Source: Octopus vulgaris
Taxonomy: Eukaryota
Reading direction: 5' to 3'
Assembly: GCA_951406725.2 (NCBI GenBank)
Contig: OX597820.1
Span: 47,802,001-47,866,000, forward strand
DNA length: 64,000 nucleotides
This document shows, piece by piece, positions 14,150 to 27,310 of the stretch. The translations under genes were made by a program, and so were the position numbers. The notes below the pieces were generated by a model. It was not told the origin of the DNA, ran no database searches, and saw only the letters and a program-made list of their open reading frames with translations. The first letter of the stretch is position 1. Each line of letters opens with the position of its first letter.

Positions 14150-15056
14150 CTCTTGTAGTCCAGTACAACCTGTTCCATGATCGGATCCTCTTGCGGGATA
14201 CCTGATCACAGGGAAGGTTTCAGGAGTAAAAATCGAAGAAAAATTAAGAGTCGAAGCCCCTAAGACAGCTCGATGTTGACTTCAGCTTCGTCCTGGCAGC
14301 TCCTGTGACCACGTTGGCACCAAACTGTAGCAGCCCGCTGTTCCTTTGGATTCGTTAGTGAGTTGGAGAGAGGGGAAAAGTTGCATCGGCAACAATCTCT
14401 TCTCCATACTACATTGCCCAGGCTCACATTCGTCCACGCCATCGTTAAATATGCACACCTGCACCTAGAGAGGACACTCCAGCTTCGCCATTTATTTGGT
14501 GTCGACACAACACGGGAAGCAGCAGATACCGGTTATAAGCCTTTACTCAATTAGCGTAGAGTGCGGTGCCAGATGTTACTTCCGACGGTAGAAGAGATCT
14601 TCGAGTCTCATTGGACAGCTACCGCCCGCCTCAAGATAGGCAGACCTCAGCCAGTAAGGTGTTGTCCCGCAAGGACTTTGGGCTGACATCAGCCTGAAGA
14701 AGACAAACGTTCTGGCGCAAGGCACACCAGCACAACCAGCCGTCACCATTGATGACTACGAACTTGAAGTTGTTCATCAATTTACCTATCTTGGGTCCAC
14801 CATCACTGACAACCTCTCTCTCGATGCCGATATTGAAACCAGAATTGGGAAGGCAGCCACTACGCTCGCGCGCCTCACACCAAAAGTGTGGACAAACCCA
14901 AAGTTGACAGTGAAAACAAAGATGGCTGTGTACAATGCCTGTGTCCTCAGCATCCTGTTGTATGGCAGCGAGACATGGGCCACATACGCCTGTCAGGTGA
15001 AAAAGCTGAACAGCTTCCATCTCAGAAGCCTACGACGCATACTCGGTATCTCCTGT
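14150..15056 (+). mobile_element. RTE-clade LINE fragment: probable 5'UTR joined to RT C-terminal region
   Basis: KDFGL.ISLKKT...FTYLGSTI...DIETRIGKAA...LLYGSETW...FHLRSLRRILGIS. Confidence 0.85.
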
Positions 15057-15316
15057 ATGAACTGTATTTTTGATAAAATGTACATGTCTGAATAGCTCTT
15101 CAGCTGAGTGAAATTGTCTGCATGCACTCCAGGAATATCATTCTGCCTGTGAGAAAAGTCGATATTTTCATAATATTGTGTGTGTATATTATTCCGAGCT
15201 AACGAAGTGCCTTAAATTAAGTAACTAATTCAAATGAATCTTACTTACACATACAAATACACACACACACTCACACATACATGTATGTAGGTATATATAT
15301 GTATATATATATAACA

Positions 15317-15724
15317 CAGGAGTGACTGTGTGGTAAGTAGCTTGCTAACCAGCCACATGGTTCCGGGTTCAGTCCCACTGCGTGGCATCTTGGGCAAGTG
15401 TCTTCTGCTATAGCCCCGGGTCGACCAATGCCTTGTGAGTGTATTTGGTAGACGGAAGCTGAAAGAAGCCTGTCGTATATATGTATATATATGTATGTGT
15501 GTGTTTGTGTGTCTGTGTTTGTCCCACTAGCATTGCTTGACAACCGATGCTTGTGTGTTTACGTCCCTGTCATTTAGCGGTTTGGCAAAAGAGACCGATA
15601 GAATAAGTACTGGGCTTACAAAGAATAAGTCCTGGGGTCGAATTGCTCGACTAAAGGCGGTGCTCCAGCATGGCCGCAGTCAAATGACTGAAACAAGTAA
15701 AAGAGTAAAAGAGTAAAAGAGTAA
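15317..15724 (+). mobile_element. SINE family B
   Basis: Near full length, (gtaaaaga)n tail. Confidence 0.9.
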
Positions 15725-16234
15725 TATATATATATATATATATTATAGCGTGTAGTAGTGTTATATAAATGAGTATGTAGTGTTTTATTATTAACTTTTG
15801 AATGATGAAATAATATATTTCACTCATAAAATATTAGTTAAATTATTTTCAATTGTGGTTTGTTTTGGAGAAGTATTATGTTTTGGACTTTCATTATAGT
15901 AGTATCTATGGAAAACCGGTGGGATTTATTATTTGTTTGGACTTAAAGATTGGTCGTAATCTAGCATATAATTTAGTTATTGCAGTTTACTATTAATACC
16001 GATACAACGTACATTGATTTATATGTCTCTTTGTTGTATTTTCATTAAAGTTAGTGTTTAATCCTGCCTATATATATATATATTGATTGAAATAACGTGG
16101 TTATTAAGCTTTTACTTCCATATTATACTACGGAAGACGGTAGGGATTATAATTTTTGCATCACTTAATAAAGCTGTCGCTGTTTAGTTTCGTATTTAGG
16201 AGTGGTTGTAATTTACGTATTGATCTTCAAGCGA

Positions 16235-16579
16235 CATGTGACCATTCCAAAATTGTGGAAACTCCTCCTAAACTTGTGTTTTTCTCATGGCAGTATCCTT
16301 GTAACCTGTTTCGAGCATGACAACTCCTTCGGCCGCCGTTTTCCCCAGAAGAAAACAGAATTTCACGGAAGTACGCTGTTCCTTCGTTTCAGCCATTGCA
16401 AAAAACAGGGGAGAAATGCTGCAAAGCAAAGACGCATCCCATGACAGTAGGAGAACATTCGACGACGCCGGTCGGCATGCTGATGCCTGAGGGTCGCATC
16501 AAGTGCGGTGGAAGCCTGAACTACAAAGGGCTTGTCCCACGGAAAACGTTTCAGTTTATTTTTGGGTACCCCTTCGTAA
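16235..16579 (-). mobile_element. Mariner 5' fragment, same family as 30142-31033
   Basis: TIR tttgggtacccttcg+TA; N-terminus MAETKEQRTSVKFCFLLGKTAAEGVVML. Confidence 0.85.
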
Positions 16580-16581
16580 TA

Positions 16582-16790
16582 TAGGTTTCAAATTTTGGCA
16601 CGAGGTCAGCAATTTCGTAGGGTAGGCGTATGTCTTTTACATCGATTCCTGTGCTCAGTTTGTCGACTCGGTGGAGATTAAAGGCAAAGTCAACTTCCGC
16701 CGAATTCGAACTCAGAAAGTGGAGACGGACGAAATGCCGTTAAGCACTTTGTCCAGCGTGGTAACGTTTCTCCCACTTCGCGCAGCCTTT
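16582..16790 (-). mobile_element. SINE family C fragment
   Basis: aaaggcaaagtcaacttc...aattcgaactcagaa is the reverse complement of the C core. Confidence 0.7.
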
Positions 16791-18293
16791 GTAAAATATA
16801 TTGGAGCTATGAATTGCTACTGTTACATTACTAAGTATGTGTGTCTTCAGGGTGTTCAGGCAAGTAAAGCCTGAAGGAATGGTGGAGTTTTCGTGCGCAC
16901 GCGCACACGCACATGCATGCACATACATACACACACACGCATGCAAGCACATACACACGCACACACACACACACGCAAACACATACATGCATACACACAC
17001 ACACAGTAACACACGTTTAAGGTATCTATATATCTGTTTACTTACGTGCCTGCCTGTGCAACAACTGAAAAGGCTTACATAAATACATGTATGTATGTGT
17101 ATACACACATCTTCCGTACAATTCCGTACGCAGTTAGAAACGCTAGCGGCACACGGACACATATATACACACAATACACACACAGCAGTGTAAAATATAA
17201 TTATTTTAAATGTAATACATTTAAAGGGAGAAAAAATATAAATTTTCAGAACTTCTCTTTTCCTCAAGTAAAACCTTAATAATTTTATCATTTTTCTCTA
17301 TCTATTCACATTTGAACATATATCATTCCCGACCCTAATTTATTTCCTAGGGTACAATACACCTTAGGTCTCATTAACAAGATATACAGAATTAAATTTC
17401 TACTCCTCTGTCTATATTTTCTTCCACACCAAAAGAAAAAAGAAACGAAAAAATATAAAATAAATGAAGAAAAAGAACTCCTATAGCCGCTCTTACTACG
17501 TTAAAATGGCGCTTATTAGAACCACAGGCCCTACACTTCATAGACGCATGTGCGGTTTCTTTTTTTCGAAATTTTCGTGTAAGTCATTTCTTTGTTACTC
17601 CAAGTAATTAGAGTTATTCAGAACTCCTGAGAAATTTGAACCCCGTAACCTCCGTTTTTCGGATCTAAATTCGTTTCTATGTCATATTTTATTTTTATTG
17701 TACGTATTTTAAACGAAAAATGTCTGAATATGCCATCAAGTAAAAATAGTTTTCTACATTCATACATACATACGTACATACCTACATACCTACATACATA
17801 CATACATACTACATACATACATACATACATATGTGGATATATATGTGTGTATGTAATATATATATATTACATACACACATATATAAGTATTCATATGTAA
17901 TGTAAATTATATATATACATAGACATATATAGCTAATACATACATATATATGTTATATACATATATATATATAATATACATGTATATGTATACACACACA
18001 CACAAACGCACACACGTACATCCAAATTCATTCTCCTGAGGTTCTATCCATGATAGTTTGCTTATAATTTCCTCTTTCACTTCCCAATTTCAACTTCTTT
18101 TCCTCATTCATTTTCGCTTTCTTCTCCTCGTTCTGTAACTCATTATCATAGCCCAATAGTTCTTGATTTTCTGTCTTTGTATAGTTGTCACCGATACACG
18201 TTTACCGTTTTTATTCGACAATTTTCATCTTTCATTTATATCCCTACCTACATCTACCTACTTTTGCATATGTCTGTCTATCTATCTATCTAC

Positions 18294-18366
<73 letters not shown>

Positions 18367-18370
<4 letters not shown>

Positions 18371-19341
18371 GCATCCTCTTTCGCTTCTTGTGGAAAGGAT
18401 GCGTCCCGATGGTCAGGCGATCCATTTGCTGTCAACACCCGTTAAAAGGAGGGCTGGGCATGCCGTGGTTGATGATGCGCAGACACGCGCTGAGACTGCG
18501 GCATCTCTGGCTCTATGTAGACGACGGTGAACAGGTGTGGTCGCCGTTTGTGAGGCACGCTTTCCCGCAGCTCGTCTCCATGACCGAACTGCAGTCGTGG
18601 ATCAAAAAGAGGCCGAGGAAGGGCGAATGGCACCGCGAGTGTCGCGTTGCTCTCAAGCAACTCTGCCGTCATGGGTCGACCTTAAGTGACTTCAACACAA
18701 CCAAAGCATTCTATAGGGGTTTAGTGGAGGGGAGGTACGACGACGAGCTCGGGGCGAACCTGGACGTCGACGAGGAGTACCTGACCCGCCTGTTCAGGAC
18801 GACTTTCGGGCCAGGGCCCATGGACAACTTCCAGAGATCCCTGGCCTGGCAGTGCTACCGAGAAGCGCTACCCGTTCGGGATAAGCTCTACAGACACGGC
18901 TCGAGAAACACGGGGCCGACCTGCCCGAGATGCGGTCAGAGCGACGAAACCGTTCTGCACGCACTCGTGCAGTGTCCAACAATTTCCGACCTGTGGGCTT
19001 ATGTCGAACAACTGCTGTCACGTGTGGGACGAGTCGGTTTATCAGCTGAGTCTATCGTCAATATTGTCACGCCTCCTTCCTTCAAACGGGAAGGAAGAGC
19101 TATTTTCATCATCCTTGTGGCTATGGCGAAAGAATGTATCTGGTGGACGCGTCTGAAAGGATTGGAGACAAACACTTTCCTCTCTGGTCAATCTCTCATC
19201 AACTTCTTCAAGTACCACTTGAAAAGGAAAGTGAGAGTAGAGAGGCAAGTTTTGTCTAGCGAATGTTTTAAAAAAAGATGGGTGAATGTAGCAAGAATGG
19301 CACGTATGAATGACGAAGCCACCTTGAGCATAGTCCTATGA
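18367..19341 (+). CDS. L1-Tx1 ORF2 C-terminal part (zf-RVT zinc-binding region), 5'-truncated
   Basis: 324 open codons: FLWKG...KGGLGMP, WQCYREALPV, CPRCGQSDETVLHALVQC; the N-terminal 68 codons of the ORF-track call come from flanking AT-rich and (TATC)n sequence. Confidence 0.9.
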
Positions 19342-19672
19342 ACCCAGAAATCGAAAACAGAGAGTTGCTTATTTGCAAAAAAAAAAAAAAAAAAAAGAAA
19401 TATAAAATGTGACTTCATTGACCGAGGTTACCGTGGTCTTTTCCGTAGGCTTTTCTTTCCACGGGTAAACCTCACCTGTCCTCCCCTTTACACTTCATAT
19501 TGACATTTCTGTGATAACGATCCCTATTGATCAATTTTTTTTCCTCCCCCCCTTTTTTTTTAACCCCCTTTTTTTGTCCTCTTTCTCTCCTTTTACGATC
19601 CCTTTTGATCGAAACTCCCCCTTCCTTTTTTTTTTTTTTTTAAACCTTCAAAAGAAAAGCTCTACCTTGTAA
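18367..19672 (+). mobile_element. Young 5'-truncated Tx1-clade LINE between (TATC)n and (TATG)n/(TATC)n arrays
   Basis: Intact CpG-rich ORF plus probable T-rich 3'UTR; microsatellite on both sides; 3' end uncertain. Confidence 0.8.
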
Positions 19673-20180
19673 TGTATATAGGTATGTATGTATGTGTATG
19701 TATGTATGTATCTATGTATGTATGTATGTATGTATGTATGTATCTATCTATCTATCTATCTATCTATCTACCGGTGCGTCCGTTCGCCTGTCTGCCTGTC
19801 TGTCTATGAAGTATCTGTCTCTCCATCCATCCACCCACCCATCCATCCGTCCGTCCGTCCGTATGTCTGTCAGTCTGTCTGCCGCTATGTCTATTAAGTG
19901 TTTGTGTATCCATCTATCGATCCATCCGTCTATGTATGTATATAGGTATGTATGTATGTGTATGTATGTATGTATCTATCTATCTATCTATCTATCTACC
20001 GGTGCGTCCGTTCGCCTGTCTGCCTGTCTGTCTATGAAGTATCTGTCTCTCCATCCATCCATCCACCCACCCATCCATCCGTCCGTCCGTCCGTCCGTAT
20101 GTCTGTCAGTCTGTCTGCCGCTATGTCTATTAAGTGTTTGTGTATCCATCTATCGATCCATCCGTCTATGTATGTATGTA
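19673..20180. repeat. About 228-bp tandem duplication of a compound microsatellite
   Basis: ccggtgcgtccgttcgcctgtc at 19771 and 19999. Confidence 0.9.
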
Positions 20181-20469
20181 TGTATGTATGTATGTATGTA
20201 TGTATGTATCTATCTATCTATCTATCTTATCTCTCTATTAAGTGTCTATCCCTCCATTCATCCATCCATCGAGTCATCGACCCGTCCATCCGTCTGTCTG
20301 TCTGTCTGTCTAAGTGGCTATCCATCCATCGATCCATCCATCCATGCATCTGTCTTCCCCCCCCTCTCTCTCTCGCTCTCATTTTTACGTATGTATGTAT
20401 ATACGTATGTATATATGTATGCATGTATGTATGTATGTATGTATGTACGTATGTATGTATGTATGTATG

Positions 20470-20524
<55 letters not shown>

Positions 20525-20747
20525 TTGTCTGTCTGTGTCTGTCTGTTAAGTGAGCGTTCATCCATCCATCCATTTCTTCATCTCTCTCCCCCTTTTCTCT
20601 CTCCCTCTCTGTCAATATATCTGTCTATTTATTTATCTATCTATCTATCTGTCTGTCTGCATGTCAGTCTGTCTGTATCTGTCTATTAAGTGACCGTCCA
20701 TCCATCCCTCCATCCATCCATCCATCCATCCCTCATTCTCTCTCCCC

Positions 20748-20783
<36 letters not shown>

Positions 20784-20813
20784 ATATATCTCTCCGTCTG
20801 TTTGTCTATTCAT

Positions 20814-20910
<97 letters not shown>

Positions 20911-22015
20911 CACGATAAGTGAAGGTCATATCCTTGACTAATGTAGGTTTTCCTCATCCCATAGCTATTTTATGGTAGTTTAAAATTTGTTCCATTTTAT
21001 AAATATATTTGCACTAACATGTAAGTCTATCAGGTATGTTCGTTTTTCTTTTTAACCATCTGGCAATAAATCAATTAATCTTATTCAGACTGTCTATGTA
21101 TTTGTCTACCTTTCCTTCTCTTGCACTCTCTCTCTTCATATACATACATACACACACACACGCATATATATATATATATATACACGTTTATAAATATACA
21201 TATATATATACACATATATACACAAACATATACGTAGTATATATATATAATATATATATGTATATATATATCATATATGCATATATACGCATATAGTACA
21301 TATATCACATATTCATATGTATCTATGTACATATATTATACTTCCTTCGCTTCCCTCTCTTTCCCCCTTCTCACCCCAACTATGTACCCAGTACACCCTT
21401 ATTGCGACTTATATATATGCACACACACGCACGCTCGCACACACACACATATAAATATAGGTATAGTTATATACTTACAAACATGTGTGGGTGTGTGTGT
21501 TTAACTCAGGACCAATTTCATTTCTTGTAGGTGATGATCTAATGTACTGAATGATGTATACAAAAAGTCTCAATAACCTGAAATTTACCCTTTAGCTGGG
21601 GGAAATAAACAAATTCCTACCGTCAGTTGTTGACGGCTACAAAATACTGAGTGTTGGAGATAAACAAGAACAGAAATAATTTCACAGAAAATCTCATTCT
21701 AGAGTTAGGGACCAAAATTTGAATTTTGTTAGCAGACAAGGTGAAAAAGAATTATGAAGTTGTTTCGATAGCAACACCATATCAGAGAATCATACAATTT
21801 GTTAGCTTGTTTAATTCGGGAAAATACGAGTATAAGCGCAGGCGTAGGTGTGTGGTTAAAAGCTTGTTTTCCAATAACATGGTTCCGAGTTCTATCCTAC
21901 TGCTTGGCACCTTGGGCAAGTGTCTTCTACTAAAGCCTCGGGCTAACCTGACCAAAGCCTTGTGAGTGGATTTCGTACACGAAAACTGCAAGAAGCCCGT
22001 CGTATATATATATAG

Positions 22016-22176
22016 TATATAAGAATTTTTTGCGCAATAAGATAAAAAACCAAGGCTGTAGAGTATTAGAGCATTTATAGATAGAAGGTCTTACAGTTGT
22101 TTCTAGGATATTTATTAATAATATCCCTTCATCGGAGACGGTGTGAGAGGAATGTTAAGTCATAGTTAGTTTAGAT

Positions 22177-22179
<3 letters not shown>
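22016..22179 (-). mobile_element. Hammerhead-containing mini-element in (TA)n
   Basis: About 165 bp of non-SINE sequence flanked by TA repeats on both sides. Confidence 0.65.
22088..22139 (-). ncRNA. Type I hammerhead ribozyme motif, CCGATGA core variant
   Basis: Minus strand GTCT-CCGATGA-A-GGGATATT attaata AATATCCT-A-GAAA-CAACTG-TA-AGAC; predicted GUA site. Confidence 0.65.
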
Positions 22180-22229
<50 letters not shown>

Positions 22230-22257
22230 TTGTGTGTGTGTGTGTGTGTGTGTATAC

Positions 22258-22304
<47 letters not shown>

Positions 22305-23128
22305 TATACATATGTATGTGTGTGTATGTGTTTGCGCGTGTCTTTGTGTCTGTGTTTGTTTCCTGCCATCGACTGACAACCGAAGCTGGTATGTTTACTC
22401 CCCGCATAGCGGTTCGGCAAGAGATACCGATACAATAAGTAACAAGCATAAAAATGTTCAGAGATAGATTTGTTCGACTAAAATCATCCAAGGCGGTACC
22501 CCACCATGGTTGCAGTCTGAAACAAGTAAACAAGTAAAAGAATAAGAAAAGTATTCCTATAAGTTATAAAACTAGTTTGTTTTTATCCTATTGCAGTTCA
22601 CTGAGGAATCTTTTACGAGCGTCAATCAGCACATCGCCACCTGAATCCATTCTTTATGTTGAAGCCACTGATTAGCTTTAGTTATTTCCCTTAAATTTCA
22701 CGAAAAATACTGAGTGTTTTCACAATGAATGTCTGTTGTTGCTTATAACTGTATAACGCTCTGTAACATGATTTTTGTCCTTGGTTAGCATCTGTTATGG
22801 CGCCCCCGCACTACTTCCGTTCATGATCAGAGATGCACATGTTGTCAGTCAATAAGGTGCATGCTCAAGTGGTTGGCTGAAGCAAATGACAAGCAAATCT
22901 GTGGTATAAAGCAGAATATTTGCTATAACGATATTTCTGCTTCAGCAACTCAGCGGTGAGTCTATCTAATGTAACAGAAGATAGGTCAGTTTCAAAATAT
23001 TGAGGTTCAGGTTACAAAAGCAAAGTTTGAAAGGAATAGTAGTCATTTCCTTTGATTTCTAGTGAGAAGCAAATAAGAAGCAACACTGACGAAAGACAAG
23101 AAAATAAAATGTTTTTACCGTATAGGAT

Positions 23129-23317
23129 TAGGAGTGGCTGTGTGGTAAGTAGCTTGCTTACGATCCACATGGTTCCGGTTTCATTCCCATTGCGTGGCAC
23201 CTTGGGCAAGTGTCTTCTGCTATAACTTCGGGCCGACCAAAGCCTTGAGAGTGGACTTGGTGACGGAAACTGAAAGAAGCCCGTCTTATATATGTCTATA
23301 TATATATATATATATAT

Positions 23318-23382
<65 letters not shown>

Positions 23383-23440
23383 TGTGTGTGTGTGCATGTA
23401 TTTGTATGTCTGTGTTTGTACCCCCAACTTCGCTTGATGG
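23129..23440 (+). mobile_element. SINE family B, 3'-truncated
   Basis: Head and internal (TG)n. Confidence 0.85.
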
Positions 23441-23449
23441 TTCTATTGC

Positions 23450-24305
23450 ACACCGTCTCCAAATGCAGGAGGTGATGCCTCACAAGGCGGTGTAGTAGCT
23501 CTGTAGGCGTTTCGACCTCTTCTACCATGGCTGCAGAGCCGGCTCTAGACATCCACCGACATTAAATACCAGAAACTCGCTGCTACGCGGGCGCACAGCA
23601 GGATCTTCAGAGGAAGAACTTAGAGGAAGAAATCCCATACGACAAGTGTTTCGGTCCTTATACCTGACACCCTACGGGAGCCGGTCCAACTCAGGTCATG
23701 ACTCATATTTGTCACTCTGCTGCTTTCCAAAACCAAAATCCTATCTCCAGCGGAATTCGAACCTGGTTCATTCTTTTAGTGATCTTGTGTTCCCAGGTCT
23801 GTGTTTCAGACCACTAAGCCACACTGACAACCGAAGGAACCAGTTCTCTTTTTCCTTATAGTTCCTATTAATAACCACTGGTCCATTGATCATTTCTCTT
23901 TGCCCATATCGATACTGAACTCTTTCCAGCAACATCAGACAAGTGTTTGGTTGTGGAAGTTCTGCAGTCTTCGATACCCGACAGTTTGAGTACCGGCAAG
24001 CGGTCACAAATCCTCGTGATCCAACTTCAATTGGTTTCATAGTACAATGGTAACCCTCGCTCTCTAGCTGCTTTGCCAGCTCACCATATTTGCTCTTCTT
24101 AAATATGTACTGCTCTTTGATGCAGGTCTCGTATGGTACTGACAATTCAATGAGAATCTCTTTGGCATCTTGTTCAGACTATAAGACGATGTCTGATCTC
24201 AAGATATTTTTGGTGATGAACTCTGGGTAGTTGTTGCGCTTCTCAATGATGTCTGCAGCTATTCCCCAGGAATCTTCGAGTCCAAATAGGTTCCCTCCTG
24301 CCACT
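23450..24305 (-). mobile_element. HERO/NeSL-like (R2 group) LINE 3' part with RLE endonuclease
   Basis: RSDIVL*...ILIELSVPYE...KKSKYGELA...PIEVGSRGF, the PD..E..K..KY..EVG.RG signature. Confidence 0.85.
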
Positions 24306-25302
24306 GTTATAAATGACAAAATTCCCGCACAACACCTCATATAGATATGTATGTATTGTGCCTCTATATGTATAAACGTCGTCTTGAATCTGTAATACTC
24401 ATTGGAATAATAATTTCTAGCATAGACACAAGAAATTTAGTAGAGAAGACCGGTGAATTACATTGGCCATCGTTACTTGACTGGTATCGTATTATATTGA
24501 TCCCGATGGGATTTAATTGTAGAATTGACCTCGATGGCCTTTGCAACCAAAGAGTAAAAAGTCGGAATAAATATTGCAATGTATTTTATACGACCTTCTG
24601 ACGATTCAATCAATCTGTGGAAACAGCCAGTCATTTTACCCACATATCGTAACTAGTAACCAATTCAGCAATCCTGCTTATACAATACTATATTTCACCG
24701 ATGTCATATTATGGAAGATAAACATATCGTAATGTACGACTGAAGATTTTTTTCCCAATAAACTCAGTGAAATGTGTTTTTCTTTTTGTCTTTACTAAAA
24801 CATCACTTCCTCTACGATGCCTTCCTTCTTCCATATTTCTTCCCTCATTCTTCCTACAAACACGGTAAGTCATGTGACCATAGCTGTATATATACATCAC
24901 AAAAGCAGTAAATATGGAGGATGGAAAGAAAGTAGCTTCAGTTTTTTTCACGTCAATTTATGGTCCCTAGATAATGCTAAAAGAAATACATATTACACCA
25001 TCATTTTTCTAGGGAAGAGGGTAAGTATATATTTTTTTAAAGATAAGGTCAGAGACTCTGTCCTCATAAACTTCTTTACACATATTGTCATCATATACAT
25101 CTTGCAAATACCAGCACTCGCCCCACGCTCGCCATCTCTTCAACGCAAACCCTTCATATTCTTCCACAAACACCCGCCTCATCGGTATAAAGAAATCAAC
25201 ATGTGCACGTGTGTGTGTGTGAATCTGTGTGTTTGTGTGTGTGTGTGTGTGCGTAATTGTGTGTGCGTGTGTTTATACGCTCATAAGCAACACATGTTAA
25301 TA

Positions 25303-25366
<64 letters not shown>

Positions 25367-25700
25367 CATACATATATATGCATGTATATTTATGTGTATC
25401 CTTACGTACATGCATAAGCAGACACAGTTTAGGTATGCACACGCACCCAGATGCATAATTTCACGCATAAGTACCTATATATAGACCTTAACGTCAGTGT
25501 AGCCGTTTTCGCTCTTTCCCTCCTCTTTTTCTCTCTATGTGCATAATGCATCTCTGTATGTATGTTTGTATGTATGTATGTATGTATGTATGTATGGATG
25601 GATGGATGGATGGATGGATGGATGGATAGATCCATGTGTGTGTGTGTGAGTATATGTATATATCTATATAGATATCTCTTTGTCTTTATATATATATATG

Positions 25701-25757
<57 letters not shown>

Positions 25758-25765
25758 TATATATA

Positions 25766-25817
<52 letters not shown>

Positions 25818-26029
25818 TATTTCTCTCTCTCTCTCTCTCTCATATATTTATATATACATATATAGGAAGTTTGCAGTCACGTGTTTCCGAGATCCGTCAT
25901 TGCGTGAAACTTGATAGCTAAAGTCGCATTGCATAAATTTCGTTTGACCAAATCAGCATATCAGCGCGAGCGAAAAGCTAAATGTTTTCAAAGAGAGAAT
26001 TCCATAACAAAAACCTTGCTTAACGTTTC

Positions 26030-27310
26030 GATAATAATACCAATGATATCATTAGCTGGTTCAACAATGTAGACGTTCAGACCTTTTATAGATTTACTCA
26101 ATTCGACATTGATTTTCATGTTTAAAAATCTACTACGTATGACATAATATTTCCTAAAAACTAACCTACAATAACTTATTTCATTATAGAAAGAATTATA
26201 CATGCTATATAAGAGCACTGCCTAAGTAAAATATCACACCAACAGATTATATTGATGTAACTACAGGATCGTACTCTATGATATATGGATTTTTATCGAA
26301 CTATACAACTTAGATGTACTTACTTAAGAAATTTGCAACAATAGACTTTGGCGTTTATGGAGATAAGGGAATAGAAATAAGGAGGCAATAATGGTTAAAC
26401 TTTAGATGAATTAAGGAATGTTTTCAGAACTTTATCAAAAATATTTATGAACAGATTTCCAGTCTTTCCTGAAATATTCGATAAGACTTTCCCTACTATA
26501 AAAACGCTCGCATTAGCTACTGAATTCAAAGAGAAATAAGCATCTTAGACTTTGAACAAACGAAAGAAAGGGACCTACAATTATATATTACGCACCCATA
26601 TTCATTAAATGTGATATCTGTTATGGCAACAAGACTTATAGAAAACCCCAGTCCTATCATAGAAAACTTTTAAAACGGTTCAATCTGAAAGAAGATTGAA
26701 ACAAAAGAATAACAAAATGTAATAGCACATTCACCTGACAACATAGCTGAAACTCCATATTCATACAGAAACGCAGGGACACGCCCTCTGCACAAAACGT
26801 GCAACTGTGAAACCGTAATTTATGAGGAAAAGCCACTTCTGTAAAGCAAAATCAAGGAGTGGCATGGAAAAGATGTATAGAAATGGCGAAAACAAATTTT
26901 AGCCAACAACTCTAAAACTTTAGAAACAGCAAAAAATGAAGACTAAAGTCAGCTTCTGGTAAGCTATTAATCTAGAAATTAAAACTGCTTCAGAATACAG
27001 CATTAAATGAATTTATCCTTAAAGTATCTAAAGGTTACCAAAATGCGAGATTATGAACGGAAAAATAACCTTAAAAGCCCAGAGAATCAAGAGCTGTAAT
27101 TATATACAAAATCAGAGGTATACATGAAATGCGCATGCTACGAAACCCTGCTTTCTCTAGACTATAATCACACGAATGCTGTATAATTTAGTATGCAAAA
27201 CTCCTGAAGTCACTTAAAAAATGCCTGCCTTACCAGTGTACTTTGTTGCATTTATCATAAAATAGGTTATAACGCGTGAACGGAGCAAGCTACAATGTCA
27301 GTGATATTTC
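26030..27310 (+). pseudogene. Decayed Penelope-like element (RT plus GIY-YIG), Neptune/Naiad-like
   Basis: Ordered relics FTQFDID, DVTTGSY, FGVYGDKGI (like GLYRDDGL), SYRNAGTRPLHKTCNCETVIYE (like CNC...CPL..C...VY), YSIK*, KSEVYMKC. Confidence 0.7.

Larger units (their letters stand above)
21838..22550 (+). mobile_element. SINE family B, split by an insertion in its internal (TA)n
   Basis: Head 21838-22005, tail about 22330-22550. Confidence 0.8.

Noticed and set aside
14150-14660. HDV-like ribozyme in the RTE 5' region
   Set aside because: Could not establish the nested double pseudoknot by eye
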